Assembly: GCA_041650615.1 (NCBI GenBank)
Contig: JBAZKU010000001.1
Location: 386,360 to 450,359 of the forward strand
Reading direction: 5' to 3'
Length of the DNA: 64,000 nucleotides
Source of the DNA: Minisyncoccota bacterium
Lineage (GTDB): Bacteria; Patescibacteriota; Minisyncoccia; Phycocordibacterales; UBA9973
Position numbers and translations under genes: made by a program. This document shows positions 55,263 to 64,000 of the stretch, one piece after another; position 1 is the stretch's first letter, and each line of letters starts with the position of its first letter. Below the pieces are notes generated by a model that saw nothing but the letters and a program-made list of their open reading frames with translations, did not search any database and was not told the origin of the DNA.

Positions 55263-55835
55263 ATGAAAATTGGAAAAACTTTATATATAACGAATAGAAA
55301 AGCCTGGCGAGCATGGCTAGCCAAAAATCATAAAAGCAAAACAGAAATTTGGTTAGTTTATTTTCGTAAAAAAACCGGCAAACCCCGTATTCCCTATGAT
55401 GATGCAGTAGAGGAAGCATTATGCTATGGCTGGATAGATAGTATAGTTAAAAATATTGATAAAGAGCGTTTTGCTCAAAGATTTTCTGTACGAAAAAATA
55501 CAAGCGTTTTATCTCAAGTAAATAAAGAACGTATATATAAACTTATCACTGCCAAGAAAATGACAAAAATAGGACTTTCTGCCGTCTCGCATGTTTTTAA
55601 TCCTCAAAAAAATAAGGGTTCACTTTTTATTTTCCCCATAGATATTATTAAATCATTAAAAGCCGATAGCCAAGTTTGGAGAAATTTTCAAAAATTTCCT
55701 GAAGGATACAAGCGAATTAGAATTGCATACATTGAGGGACAAAAAACACGAGGAAAAGAAAAATATCAAAAAACACTTAACTATTTTATAAAAATGACCA
55801 AAAAAAATAAACAATTCGGTTTTGTTAAAGTATAG
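55263..55835 (+). CDS. YdeI/OmpD-associated family protein
   Basis: CYGWIDSIVKNIDKERFAQRFSVRK; start set at internal MKIGKT (track ORF begins at 55164). Confidence 0.55.
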   Translation: MKIGKTLYITNRKAWRAWLAKNHKSKTEIWLVYFRKKTGKPRIPYDDAVEEALCYGWIDSIVKNIDKERFAQRFSVRKNTSVLSQVNKERIYKLITAKKMTKIGLSAVSHVFNPQKNKGSLFIFPIDIIKSLKADSQVWRNFQKFPEGYKRIRIAYIEGQKTRGKEKYQKTLNYFIKMTKKNKQFGFVKV

Positions 55836-55974
55836 TTTTATATTATTGATTATATTAAAAAATTCTAGGCAAAATAAAACGCCCTATAAAATAATAATCG
55901 ACCCTGATACAGTGTACTCAGGATGGATGAAAATATCGTGAAATATGCTATATTTAAAAAGCGAAGAATGATTT

Positions 55975-56904
55975 ATGACAGAAAGCCTTTTAATATTTAT
56001 TTTTTCGTTATTTTTAGTCGTTAAGGGCGCAACCCTGGCGACAAAATATTCCGCCAAACTGGCAGAGAGTTTTCATCTTTCAAAATATGTCGTCGGTTTT
56101 ATTATTGTCGCTTTTATTTCAATTTTACCCGAAACCCTTATATCAATAAATTCAGCCCTTAAGGGAATTCCGGAATTCGGTCTTGGTACTTTATTCGGGT
56201 CAAATGTCGCCGACCTCTCGCTCATTTTTGCTATTTTAATCATCTGTGCCGGACGTGGAATAAAAATAGAAAGCAAGGTAATGAAAGATGTTCGTTTATA
56301 TCCTTTCTTTTTATTACTGCCTCTTATTTTCGGACTAAACGGACACTATTCCCGCATTGAGGGTATTTTTCTCATTATTGCCGGAATAATTTTTTATTAC
56401 ATAGTTTTTAAAAATAGCAAAGACAAATCAACTGCCTTGCATGATGGAAAAAATAAATGTAAAAATTTTTTTCTGCTACTTTTTGCCATGGCCCTTTTGC
56501 TGGTCGGCTCACATTTTACGGTCACCTCAGCAACCACCCTAGCTCAAGAATTGAGAATGACTCCGCTTCTTATCGGCATGCTTGTAGTTAGTTTGGGAAC
56601 AACGATGCCGGAACTATTTTATTCTCTCAAATCGGTAAAAAGAAAAGATGACGGACTGGCAATTGGCGATATTTTAGGATCGGTTTTGGCGGATGCCACT
56701 ATTGTCGTCGGACTTCTTTCTTTTATCAGTCCTTTTTCTTTCCCGGTAAAAATTGTTTATATCACAGGGGCATTCATGATAATTGCTTCGTTTATATTGC
56801 TAAAATTTATGCGTTCGGAACGAATTCTATCAAAAAAAGAAGGTTATTTGCTTTTAGTATTTTGGATCTGTTACGTAATTATTGAATTCATAATAAATAT
56901 ATAA
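55975..56904 (+). CDS. Na+/Ca2+ exchanger (CaCA) family membrane protein
   Basis: Two alpha-repeats (GTLFGSNVADLSLIFAI and GDILGSVLADATIVVGL). Confidence 0.8.
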   Translation: MTESLLIFIFSLFLVVKGATLATKYSAKLAESFHLSKYVVGFIIVAFISILPETLISINSALKGIPEFGLGTLFGSNVADLSLIFAILIICAGRGIKIESKVMKDVRLYPFFLLLPLIFGLNGHYSRIEGIFLIIAGIIFYYIVFKNSKDKSTALHDGKNKCKNFFLLLFAMALLLVGSHFTVTSATTLAQELRMTPLLIGMLVVSLGTTMPELFYSLKSVKRKDDGLAIGDILGSVLADATIVVGLLSFISPFSFPVKIVYITGAFMIIASFILLKFMRSERILSKKEGYLLLVFWICYVIIEFIINI

Positions 56905-56994
56905 GGGATTTATCGGCTACTAACTAGATTTAAAACAGGGGTTGGGGTATGCCCCTATTTTGAATAAAATAGGTGTGGGGGTATAATTATACTA

Positions 56995-57462
56995 ATGGAT
57001 GGAGAAAAAAAAATAGAATGGACTGCGCTGGAATATGAAGAAAAAGAACGAGGCAATGATTGGTTTTGGGCGCTCGGTGTTATTATTGTGGCAAGTTCAA
57101 TCGCTTCATTTATTTATAACAACTATTTCTTTGGACTACTTCTAATCATAGGCGGAATATTACTTGGATTTTTCGCTGTTAAAAAACCGGATTTAGTTTT
57201 TTACGAATTAAATGAAAATGGGTTAAAAATTAAAAATCGTCTTTACCCTTACGAAAATATAAAGTCTTTTTGGGTAAAAAAAGAGGGAAAAAAACCTACG
57301 CTTTTTATAAAATCAGAAAGATTATTTATGCCAATAATTTCTATACCAATACAATCGAATCTTGCAGAAGAAATAAAAAAAATCATGCTTTCAAATAATG
57401 TCATTGAAGAAGAAATGAAGGAACATCTTTCCGAAAAAATAATGGATTCTCTAGGTTTCTAG
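56995..57462 (+). CDS. hypothetical membrane protein
   Basis: 2 TM helices; promoter TTGAAT-N16-TATAAT, 7 nt, then ATG. Confidence 0.45.
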   Translation: MDGEKKIEWTALEYEEKERGNDWFWALGVIIVASSIASFIYNNYFFGLLLIIGGILLGFFAVKKPDLVFYELNENGLKIKNRLYPYENIKSFWVKKEGKKPTLFIKSERLFMPIISIPIQSNLAEEIKKIMLSNNVIEEEMKEHLSEKIMDSLGF

Positions 57463-57505
57463 TTTGAGTTTTTTAATAAAAACTGCTAATCTTCAATTGT
57501 TTGAA

Positions 57506-57577
57506 GCCCTCATAGTTTAATGGATAGAATGCGAGCTTGCGGAGTTTGCGATGTAGGTTCGATTCCTACTGAGGGCA
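57506..57577 (+). tRNA. tRNA-Arg (GCG)
   Basis: Anticodon loop TTGCGGA; same D- and T-arms as the 51065 tRNA-Arg. Confidence 0.65.
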
Positions 57578-57599
57578 CAATTCATGTTATATTTAGCAT

Positions 57600-58178
57600 A
57601 TGTTATTTAACGAGGATGACGAAGAAATAATTGCTTTATATAAAAATGGCGACCAAGAAGCATTTAAGGGCTTAATAAGCCGATATTCTTCCCCTCTTTA
57701 CAATTTTACCGCGCGCTTGACCGATAAAAACAACGCCTCTGATGTGGTTCAAGAAACTTTTATAAAAGTTTGGAAAAATTTGCATAAATTTGATCCTTCA
57801 AAAGCAAGTTTCAAGACCTGGATTTTTACTATCGCTAAAAACACTGCCACTGATTTTTTAAGAAAGAAAAAGAGTTTATCTTTTTCTGATATGGAGGAAA
57901 GTATTAATAAAGATGGCAGTGAAAATATTAATTCTTTTTCAGAAAATATTCCGGATGAGGAATTAATTCCAGATGAAGCTTTGCAGAAATTGCAAGACTC
58001 TATGCTACTTAATAAAGTATTGGACAAACTTCCAATACACTATAAGACGATACTAGTGCTTCATTATCAAGAAGATATGACTTTTGACGAAATAGGAAAA
58101 GTTTTAGACAAACCTTTGAATACGGTAAAAAGTCAGCATCATCGTGCAATTGTCCTGTTGCGAAAAATGATTGATTAA
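57600..58178 (+). CDS. ECF-subfamily RNA polymerase sigma-70 factor
   Basis: Region 2 DVVQETFIKVWKN, region 4 HTH near the C-terminus. Confidence 0.85.
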   Translation: MLFNEDDEEIIALYKNGDQEAFKGLISRYSSPLYNFTARLTDKNNASDVVQETFIKVWKNLHKFDPSKASFKTWIFTIAKNTATDFLRKKKSLSFSDMEESINKDGSENINSFSENIPDEELIPDEALQKLQDSMLLNKVLDKLPIHYKTILVLHYQEDMTFDEIGKVLDKPLNTVKSQHHRAIVLLRKMID

Positions 58179-58641
58179 TGCACCAAAAACAGATTTTTCA
58201 CCGTATATACACAGACATATGGAAAAAGAATTAATAAAAGCGTTTCATAAAGCTAAATATGAAGAAACTCCAGATTTAGCTGAAGATGTTTGGTATAGTA
58301 TAACCGTACGCAATAAACGTATCGCTCGCCTAAAATTATGGACCTTTTCTTTTGCCGGAGTTGCCTCTTTAATAGGAATCGTTCCTGCCTGGAAAGCATT
58401 ATCCAGCGACTTAGCGCAATCCGGGTTTTATGAATATCTTTCTTTGGTCTTTTCCAGTAGCGATTCAATTTTCTCTTATTGGAAAGAACTTGCGTTTTCT
58501 ATTGCCGAATCATTACCAACAACCAGTATTATTTTATCGTTTTCGCTTGTTTTCATTTTGTTTTTATCGCTCAAATATGCGGCAAGACAAATTATTAAAG
58601 GTCAATTATTTTCTACAAGGTTTTCAACCTTATCATTTTAA
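58171..58641 (+). CDS. putative anti-sigma factor (membrane protein), translationally coupled to the ECF sigma gene
   Basis: 8-nt overlap with the sigma gene; N-terminal cytoplasmic region then TM helices. Confidence 0.45.
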   Translation: MINAPKTDFSPYIHRHMEKELIKAFHKAKYEETPDLAEDVWYSITVRNKRIARLKLWTFSFAGVASLIGIVPAWKALSSDLAQSGFYEYLSLVFSSSDSIFSYWKELAFSIAESLPTTSIILSFSLVFILFLSLKYAARQIIKGQLFSTRFSTLSF

Positions 58642-58653
58642 TTAAAAAAATAT

Positions 58654-59148
58654 ATGAAAAAAATATATGAAGATATAAAAAGGGTTTTTGAATCAAAGGT
58701 TTCAACTGGGGTTTTGGTTGGAATTGGAATTATTATAATTGCTATGTTAGTTTTTTCTGCTGGAATTTTTGTCGGTTTTCGTAAGGCGTCTTTTGGGCGC
58801 GCTTGGGGAGAAAATTATGAACGAAATTTCGGAATGAGACCCAATCGTTCTATGTTCGGCGAAGATAATTTTCCAAATGCCCATGGCGCAACAGGGAAAA
58901 TCATAAAAGTAGAATTACCCGCGATTATAGTACAAGATAAAGACAATACAGAAAAAGTGATTTTGATAAAAGATGACACGCAAATACAAAAAATGAAGGG
59001 AGAGGTCGCAACTAATGATTTAAAAACAGATGATTTTGTTGTTGTAATAGGAAATCCCAACGAGCAAGGTCAAATAGAAGCAAAGTTTATAAGAATAATG
59101 CCCATAGGTGATATGCCTGTCTTTCCACCACCGGCACCAATAAAATAA
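58654..59148 (+). CDS. membrane-anchored hypothetical protein
   Basis: One N-terminal TM, Pro-rich tail. Confidence 0.4.
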   Translation: MKKIYEDIKRVFESKVSTGVLVGIGIIIIAMLVFSAGIFVGFRKASFGRAWGENYERNFGMRPNRSMFGEDNFPNAHGATGKIIKVELPAIIVQDKDNTEKVILIKDDTQIQKMKGEVATNDLKTDDFVVVIGNPNEQGQIEAKFIRIMPIGDMPVFPPPAPIK

Positions 59149-59149
59149 T

Positions 59150-60772
59150 ATGAAAAATTATTTAAACAAAATTAAAAATTATATTACTCTGCATAAATTT
59201 ATTAGCACCATTATTCTCATAGTAATTTTACTCATTGGTTATTGGGGATACGGAAAAGCCACAAATACCACTGGTGAGACGCAGTACATAACAACTACCG
59301 TACAAAAAGGTACAATAGTTTCATCCGTTACCGCCAGCGGACAAGTTGAAAGCTCCAACCAAATTGATTTGACTGCAAAAGTTTCCGGTACAATTACTTA
59401 CGTTGGCGTAAAAGCCGGTGATAAAGTCACAAAAGGTAAAACGCTTTTCTCAATTGATAATTCCGATGCAAAAAAAACTATTCGGGATGCGGAAATAAAT
59501 CTAGAAAATGCAAATTTAGCGCTACAAAAACTTAAAATCCAAAACTCCGATACAAATTTGAGCGCAGATCTGGTAAGAGCTTATGATGACGGTTTTAACG
59601 CCGTTTCAAATACATTTCTAGATTTATCATCTGTCATCCCGGGAGTTGAAGATATTTTAAATGAATCAAACCTTTCAGATAATGCCGCTAGAGATAGCGG
59701 TATCATAGCAGTAGATTATAAACGGAAGGCTGAAAAATTATATTATGAAGCTCAAAATGATTTTCAAGAAAATGCAGTATTTTTTAGAACACTTGACCAT
59801 AGTTCATCAGAAACTGATATTGAAAAAATTATAGATGATACTTATAAAGTAACTATTACTTTATCCGATGCTTTAAATAGTACTAAAAATTACGTGGATT
59901 ATTTGGCGCAAAACACAGGCAGAACTTCTGATTTTTCTTCTTTCCAAGATACTCTTTCTGATTATATAAGTAAGATAAATGCGGACACTTCCAGCCTTTT
60001 TTCGGCTAAAACAAACATAACAAGCTATAAAGACACTTCCATAAGCAACAATCTAGATATACAAACTTCAGAATTATCTCTTAAACAAAAAGAAAATGCT
60101 TTACAAGATGCAAAAGATGATTTGTTAAATTATTATTTATTCGCGCCTTTTGACGGAATAATAGCGAGCATCACAGCCAAAGTCGGAGATACTGCTTCTG
60201 GGACACTCGGTTCAATAATTACAAATCAAAAAATTGCCACATTGTCTATGAATGAAGTGGATGTAGCAAAAATAAAACTTGGAGAAAAAGCAATCATAAC
60301 GTTTGATGCCGTAGAAAATTTGTCTATGACCGGCTCCGTAGTAGAAATTGATACTATAGGCACGGTATCTAGTGGAGTTGTAACATATGCCGTAAAAGTT
60401 GCATTTGACACAGAAAATGACCAAGTAAAACCAGGAATGAGCGTATCAGCATCTATTATTACTGATTCAAAAACCGATATTCTTATTGTTCCTTCTAGCG
60501 CAATAAAAACCAAAGGCACTACAAAATATGTTCAAATGTTTACTACCCCACTTGCTGCCCCTGCTACAGGGTCTAGAGGAACACCTTCTAGTGTGGAGCC
60601 AAATCAAGTAACTGTGGAAATAGGAATTTCGGATGATACGAATACAGAAATTATTTCAGGGTTAAAAGAGGGAGATCAAATTGTTTCTAGCACTATAACT
60701 AGTAGCACTACTAATACCACTAGTAAAACTAGCACAAATAGTTTATTAGGTGGAGGGGCGCCAAGAATGTAA
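59150..60772 (+). CDS. HlyD/MacA-family periplasmic adaptor subunit (long form)
   Basis: N-terminal TM, biotinyl-lipoyl-like and beta-barrel regions (QVESSNQIDLTAKVSGTI), coiled-coil. Confidence 0.75.
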   Translation: MKNYLNKIKNYITLHKFISTIILIVILLIGYWGYGKATNTTGETQYITTTVQKGTIVSSVTASGQVESSNQIDLTAKVSGTITYVGVKAGDKVTKGKTLFSIDNSDAKKTIRDAEINLENANLALQKLKIQNSDTNLSADLVRAYDDGFNAVSNTFLDLSSVIPGVEDILNESNLSDNAARDSGIIAVDYKRKAEKLYYEAQNDFQENAVFFRTLDHSSSETDIEKIIDDTYKVTITLSDALNSTKNYVDYLAQNTGRTSDFSSFQDTLSDYISKINADTSSLFSAKTNITSYKDTSISNNLDIQTSELSLKQKENALQDAKDDLLNYYLFAPFDGIIASITAKVGDTASGTLGSIITNQKIATLSMNEVDVAKIKLGEKAIITFDAVENLSMTGSVVEIDTIGTVSSGVVTYAVKVAFDTENDQVKPGMSVSASIITDSKTDILIVPSSAIKTKGTTKYVQMFTTPLAAPATGSRGTPSSVEPNQVTVEIGISDDTNTEIISGLKEGDQIVSSTITSSTTNTTSKTSTNSLLGGGAPRM

Positions 60773-60779
60773 TCTTTCT

Positions 60780-61463
60780 ATGATTGAAATAAAAAATATT
60801 ACTAAAATATATAAAAGTGACGCGGAAGACTTTAAAGCTTTAAATGGAATAACTTTTACCATTAAAGATGGGGAATATGTTGCAATTATGGGACCATCAG
60901 GGTCTGGTAAATCAACCCTTATGCATATTTTGGGGGCGCTTGATAAACCATCTTCTGGTACATATTTTCTTGACGGGAAAGATGTTTCTACCCTTTCTGA
61001 TGACAATCTCGCAGATATTCGAAGAGATAAGATTGGGTTTGTTTTTCAATCATTCAATCTTTTGCCCCGCGCAACGGTATTGCGCAACGTCTCCTTACCG
61101 CTTGTTTATGAAGGAATTCATGATGGCGAACGAGACAGGCGCGCGAAGAAAGCGCTGTTTGATGCAGGACTAGAAGAAACCCATTTCGGGCATCTTTCCA
61201 ATCAGCTTTCAGGGGGACAAATTCAACGAGTGGCAATCGCACGCGCCCTTGTAAATAATCCAACACTTATACTTGCCGATGAACCAACCGGGAACCTTGA
61301 TACAAAAACTGGAGAAATCGTTTTGGATACATTTCAAAAATTAAATCGTGATTTAGGTCGTACAATTATTCTTATCACCCACGAACAAGACGTAGCAGAA
61401 CATGCAGATAGAATCATTCATATTAGAGATGGAATGATTATAAGTGATAAAAAAACAAAATAA
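60780..61463 (+). CDS. ABC transporter ATP-binding protein (MacB/LolD-like)
   Basis: GPSGSGKST, LSGGQIQRVAIARAL, ILADEPTGNLD. Confidence 0.9.
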   Translation: MIEIKNITKIYKSDAEDFKALNGITFTIKDGEYVAIMGPSGSGKSTLMHILGALDKPSSGTYFLDGKDVSTLSDDNLADIRRDKIGFVFQSFNLLPRATVLRNVSLPLVYEGIHDGERDRRAKKALFDAGLEETHFGHLSNQLSGGQIQRVAIARALVNNPTLILADEPTGNLDTKTGEIVLDTFQKLNRDLGRTIILITHEQDVAEHADRIIHIRDGMIISDKKTK

Positions 61464-62697
61464 AAAAACTATGAAAGTAAAAGATATTTTAGAAGAAACA
61501 TACAGCGCGCTTTTTTCAAATAAAACTCGAACAGGACTTACCATGCTTGGTATTGTTATAGGGATAGCTTCGGTTATAGCCATGACCGCAATTGGACAAG
61601 GTTCAAAAAATTCTATCTCGTCAAGTATTGAATCAATAGGGGCAAATTTAATTATGGTTACACCCGGAGCCACACGTTCTTTTGGTGGCGGACCAAACGC
61701 TGCCCGAGGTGGAGCTCAAACATTAACGTTACAAGATGCTGACGCAATTCAGTCTCAAATATCAAATGTGGTTGGAGTTGCAAGAGAAGTATCCGCACGC
61801 CAACAAGTAACAGCAACAGGGACAAATACAAATACAAGCATTATGGGAACTGAACCATCTTATGAAACAGTTCGTAATATTTCTATTGATGAAGGAAATT
61901 TCATATCAGATCAAAATGTAACAAGTGGTTCAAAGGTTGCCGTGTTGGGACCGACCACAAGGGACGATTTATTTGGTGAAAATGCTACCGATGTCGTTGG
62001 CCAAAAAATTCGTATTTCTGGCTCAGAATACAAAGTAATTGGAGTTACAAAATCAAAAGGGGGTTCTGGTTTTAGTAATAGTGACGATATAATTTATATC
62101 CCCTATACCACCGCTCAAAGATATCTTTCCGGCAATAAATATTTAAGCGAGATTGATGTTTCGGCAGAAAGTTCTGAAGCCTCTCCCCAGGTTCAAACCG
62201 ACATAACAGCATTATTACTTGAACGTCATAACATTACAGACGCTACGAAGGCTGATTTTAGTACAATGAACCAAGCGGATGTTATTGAGACTGCTTCAAG
62301 CGTTGCAAGTACTTTTACTACTTTACTTGCTGCGGTAGCCGGTATTTCCCTTTTGGTTGGGGGCATTGGGATTATGAATATGATGTTAACTACAGTGACA
62401 GAACGCACCAGAGAAATAGGATTGCGTAAGGCTATTGGGGCAAAACGAAAAGATATTAATACGCAATTTTTAACAGAGGCGGTTGTTCTTACCTTTGTTG
62501 GCGGGACTGCGGGAATAATCCTCGGATGGCTAATATCTTTCATTCTTACCTATTTTGCAGTTTTAACAGCTGAAGTTTCGTTGTATTCAGTATTGTTGGC
62601 ATTCGGAGTATCTACGGTAATTGGTATTCTCTTCGGTTACTATCCAGCTCGACATGCGGCATCTTTGAATCCAATAGATGCCTTAAGGTATGAGTAA
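61444..62697 (+). CDS. ABC transporter permease, FtsX/MacB family
   Basis: N-terminal TM, large periplasmic domain, 3 C-terminal TM helices. Confidence 0.85.
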   Translation: MIKKQNKKTMKVKDILEETYSALFSNKTRTGLTMLGIVIGIASVIAMTAIGQGSKNSISSSIESIGANLIMVTPGATRSFGGGPNAARGGAQTLTLQDADAIQSQISNVVGVAREVSARQQVTATGTNTNTSIMGTEPSYETVRNISIDEGNFISDQNVTSGSKVAVLGPTTRDDLFGENATDVVGQKIRISGSEYKVIGVTKSKGGSGFSNSDDIIYIPYTTAQRYLSGNKYLSEIDVSAESSEASPQVQTDITALLLERHNITDATKADFSTMNQADVIETASSVASTFTTLLAAVAGISLLVGGIGIMNMMLTTVTERTREIGLRKAIGAKRKDINTQFLTEAVVLTFVGGTAGIILGWLISFILTYFAVLTAEVSLYSVLLAFGVSTVIGILFGYYPARHAASLNPIDALRYE

Positions 62698-62761
62698 ATT
62701 ATTAGTAATTATTAATTAATCCCAGTAGTAGAGCAAAGCTCACTACAGGACAAGTAAAAAA

Positions 62762-63199
62762 ATGAATAAAAAAACAATTATTTATGTAATAGTGGGAATT
62801 ATAGTTTTAGTGGGAATGTTTTTTATAGGTATGTCTTATGGGAAAAATAGCACTAGTGGAATGAAAAATGTAAATGGGTTTGGTGCAGATATACAAAATC
62901 AAGCTGGCCAATTTGGGATGAATAATAAAAACAATAAAAATATTAGCGGAGGAATTGTAAGTGGAGAAATTATCTCAAAAGATGAAAAAAGTGCTACCGT
63001 CAAACTTATAGATGGTGGCTCAAAAATTATTTTCTTTGATACAAATACTGTCGTTTCAAAGATGACCACTGGGTCTTTAACTGACTTGGCAACAAATACA
63101 GAAATTTCAATTACGGGAACAACAAATTCTGACGGTAGTATTACTGCAAAATCCATTCAAATAAGACCTCAAATAAAACCAATTACCCCTTCTCAATAA
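62762..63199 (+). CDS. secreted or membrane-anchored hypothetical protein
   Basis: N-terminal TM/signal; Gly/Asn-rich then beta-rich. Confidence 0.4.
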   Translation: MNKKTIIYVIVGIIVLVGMFFIGMSYGKNSTSGMKNVNGFGADIQNQAGQFGMNNKNNKNISGGIVSGEIISKDEKSATVKLIDGGSKIIFFDTNTVVSKMTTGSLTDLATNTEISITGTTNSDGSITAKSIQIRPQIKPITPSQ

Positions 63200-63359
63200 T
63201 CAAATAAAATTTTAATTTAGTTGTAAAAATACCTTATAAACCTAGTTTATAAGGTATTTTTATGCGAATAAAATAGCTATTGACTTTTTCTCGTAATGGT
63301 GCTATCCTTATAACAGAAAATTCTTTCATAAAACAATTATAAAAAGGAGAAACAACAGA

Positions 63360-64000
63360 TGAGAAATATCCTTATTTTTCTTGCTTTTTTCAGTTTTTTG
63401 GGGGTGTCATGTTTAGCTCAAAATAAATATGAGCCACTGGAAACAAAAATGTTCTTCCAGTCTAGAGAAGAAGCAGAAAAAGCATTTTTGAGTGGAGAAT
63501 TCCGATATTATCAACCAAACCCAAAAAATTTAGTTGCCCGACCTCCGAAATCTAGTAAGGGACTACCTTGCCCCTATGTAGTACTAGAGGAAGTAAGAGA
63601 ATCTAAGGCAGGCTCTCCTGCTTGGGTAATATTAGCATCTGCAACATTGGCAGTGTTTAATTTTGACGGAATACCGTTAATAGATGGTCGTTGTCGAAAT
63701 AGAATTTTTGAAGCCCATCCTTTACCTTTACCTGCCGGCAAAGACGGGTACACTCCAATTAAGGGAATAGATTATTTTGACGGAAAAGACGGGAGAAATG
63801 GCCGCGACGGAAGAATAATAGAAAAAGAATCTTCCTGGATGCAATATGTTGTAGGAATTGCGCTTCTAGGGGGTATCATTTATCTTATGTCAAATCGTAA
63901 CGCCGGCAATAACACTCAAAACGTTATTTACATTCCTCCTGTAATTTCTACTCCCCCATCAGAAGATTTTCCTGAAAATACTTCCGGAGGCGGAACAATC
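63360..64000 (+). CDS. secreted protein with short collagen-like G-X-Y run (3' end beyond the window)
   Basis: SD AAAAGGAG; signal peptide MRNILIFLAFFSFLGVSCLA; GKDGRNGRDGR triplets. Confidence 0.5.

Noticed and set aside
1-64000. CRISPR array, rRNA genes, integrase/prophage
   Set aside because: No regularly spaced direct repeats, no rRNA-like conserved blocks and no tyrosine/serine recombinase were seen anywhere in the window.
1-64000. Alternative genetic code (UGA recoding as in Gracilibacteria/SR1)
   Set aside because: Long conserved genes (tuf, fusA, ftsH, secY) are intact under the standard code with TGA/TAA/TAG stops at the expected ends.

Overview
AT-rich, gene-dense bacterial segment; by inference a streamlined low-GC genome of the Patescibacteria/CPR type (ribosomal L30 absent, many short genes, and weak or absent Shine-Dalgarno sequences with several TATAAT-N6-7-ATG leaderless-type starts). 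Housekeeping content on the minus strand: recG (3' part), ftsH, the smpB-tmRNA pair, and the str/S10/spc ribosomal superoperon (rpsL-rpsG-fusA-[2 inserted genes]-tuf-rpsJ...rplO-secY-adk-pyrH-like-map). Also present: infC-rpmI-rplT, a dTMP module (thyA-folA-kinase-dCMP deaminase), rplK-nusG-secE, murB-tsaC-tsaE, 8 tRNAs, pilM-pilN-pilO, and an ECF sigma/anti-sigma pair followed by an HlyD-ABC (MacAB-like) exporter. Unusual content: (i) two families of short MITE-like inverted-repeat elements whose GGG end is fused to the ATG of five genes (ftsH, a SIMPL protein, a small membrane protein, rpsL, rplK); (ii) a four-gene operon of secreted beta-rich proteins ending in a short secretin lipoprotein, a candidate novel surface-fibre assembly system; (iii) an orphan VirB4/VirD4-like ATPase inserted after map; (iv) a GC-rich palindromic repeat family with one 75-bp copy inserted in-frame in an RluA pseudouridine synthase; (v) a shared imperfect palindrome over the -35 region of the thyA and pilM promoters; (vi) a small GC hairpin (TCCGCCCTTGGCGGAA) recurring at ribosomal operon junctions. 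No CRISPR array or rRNA was seen.
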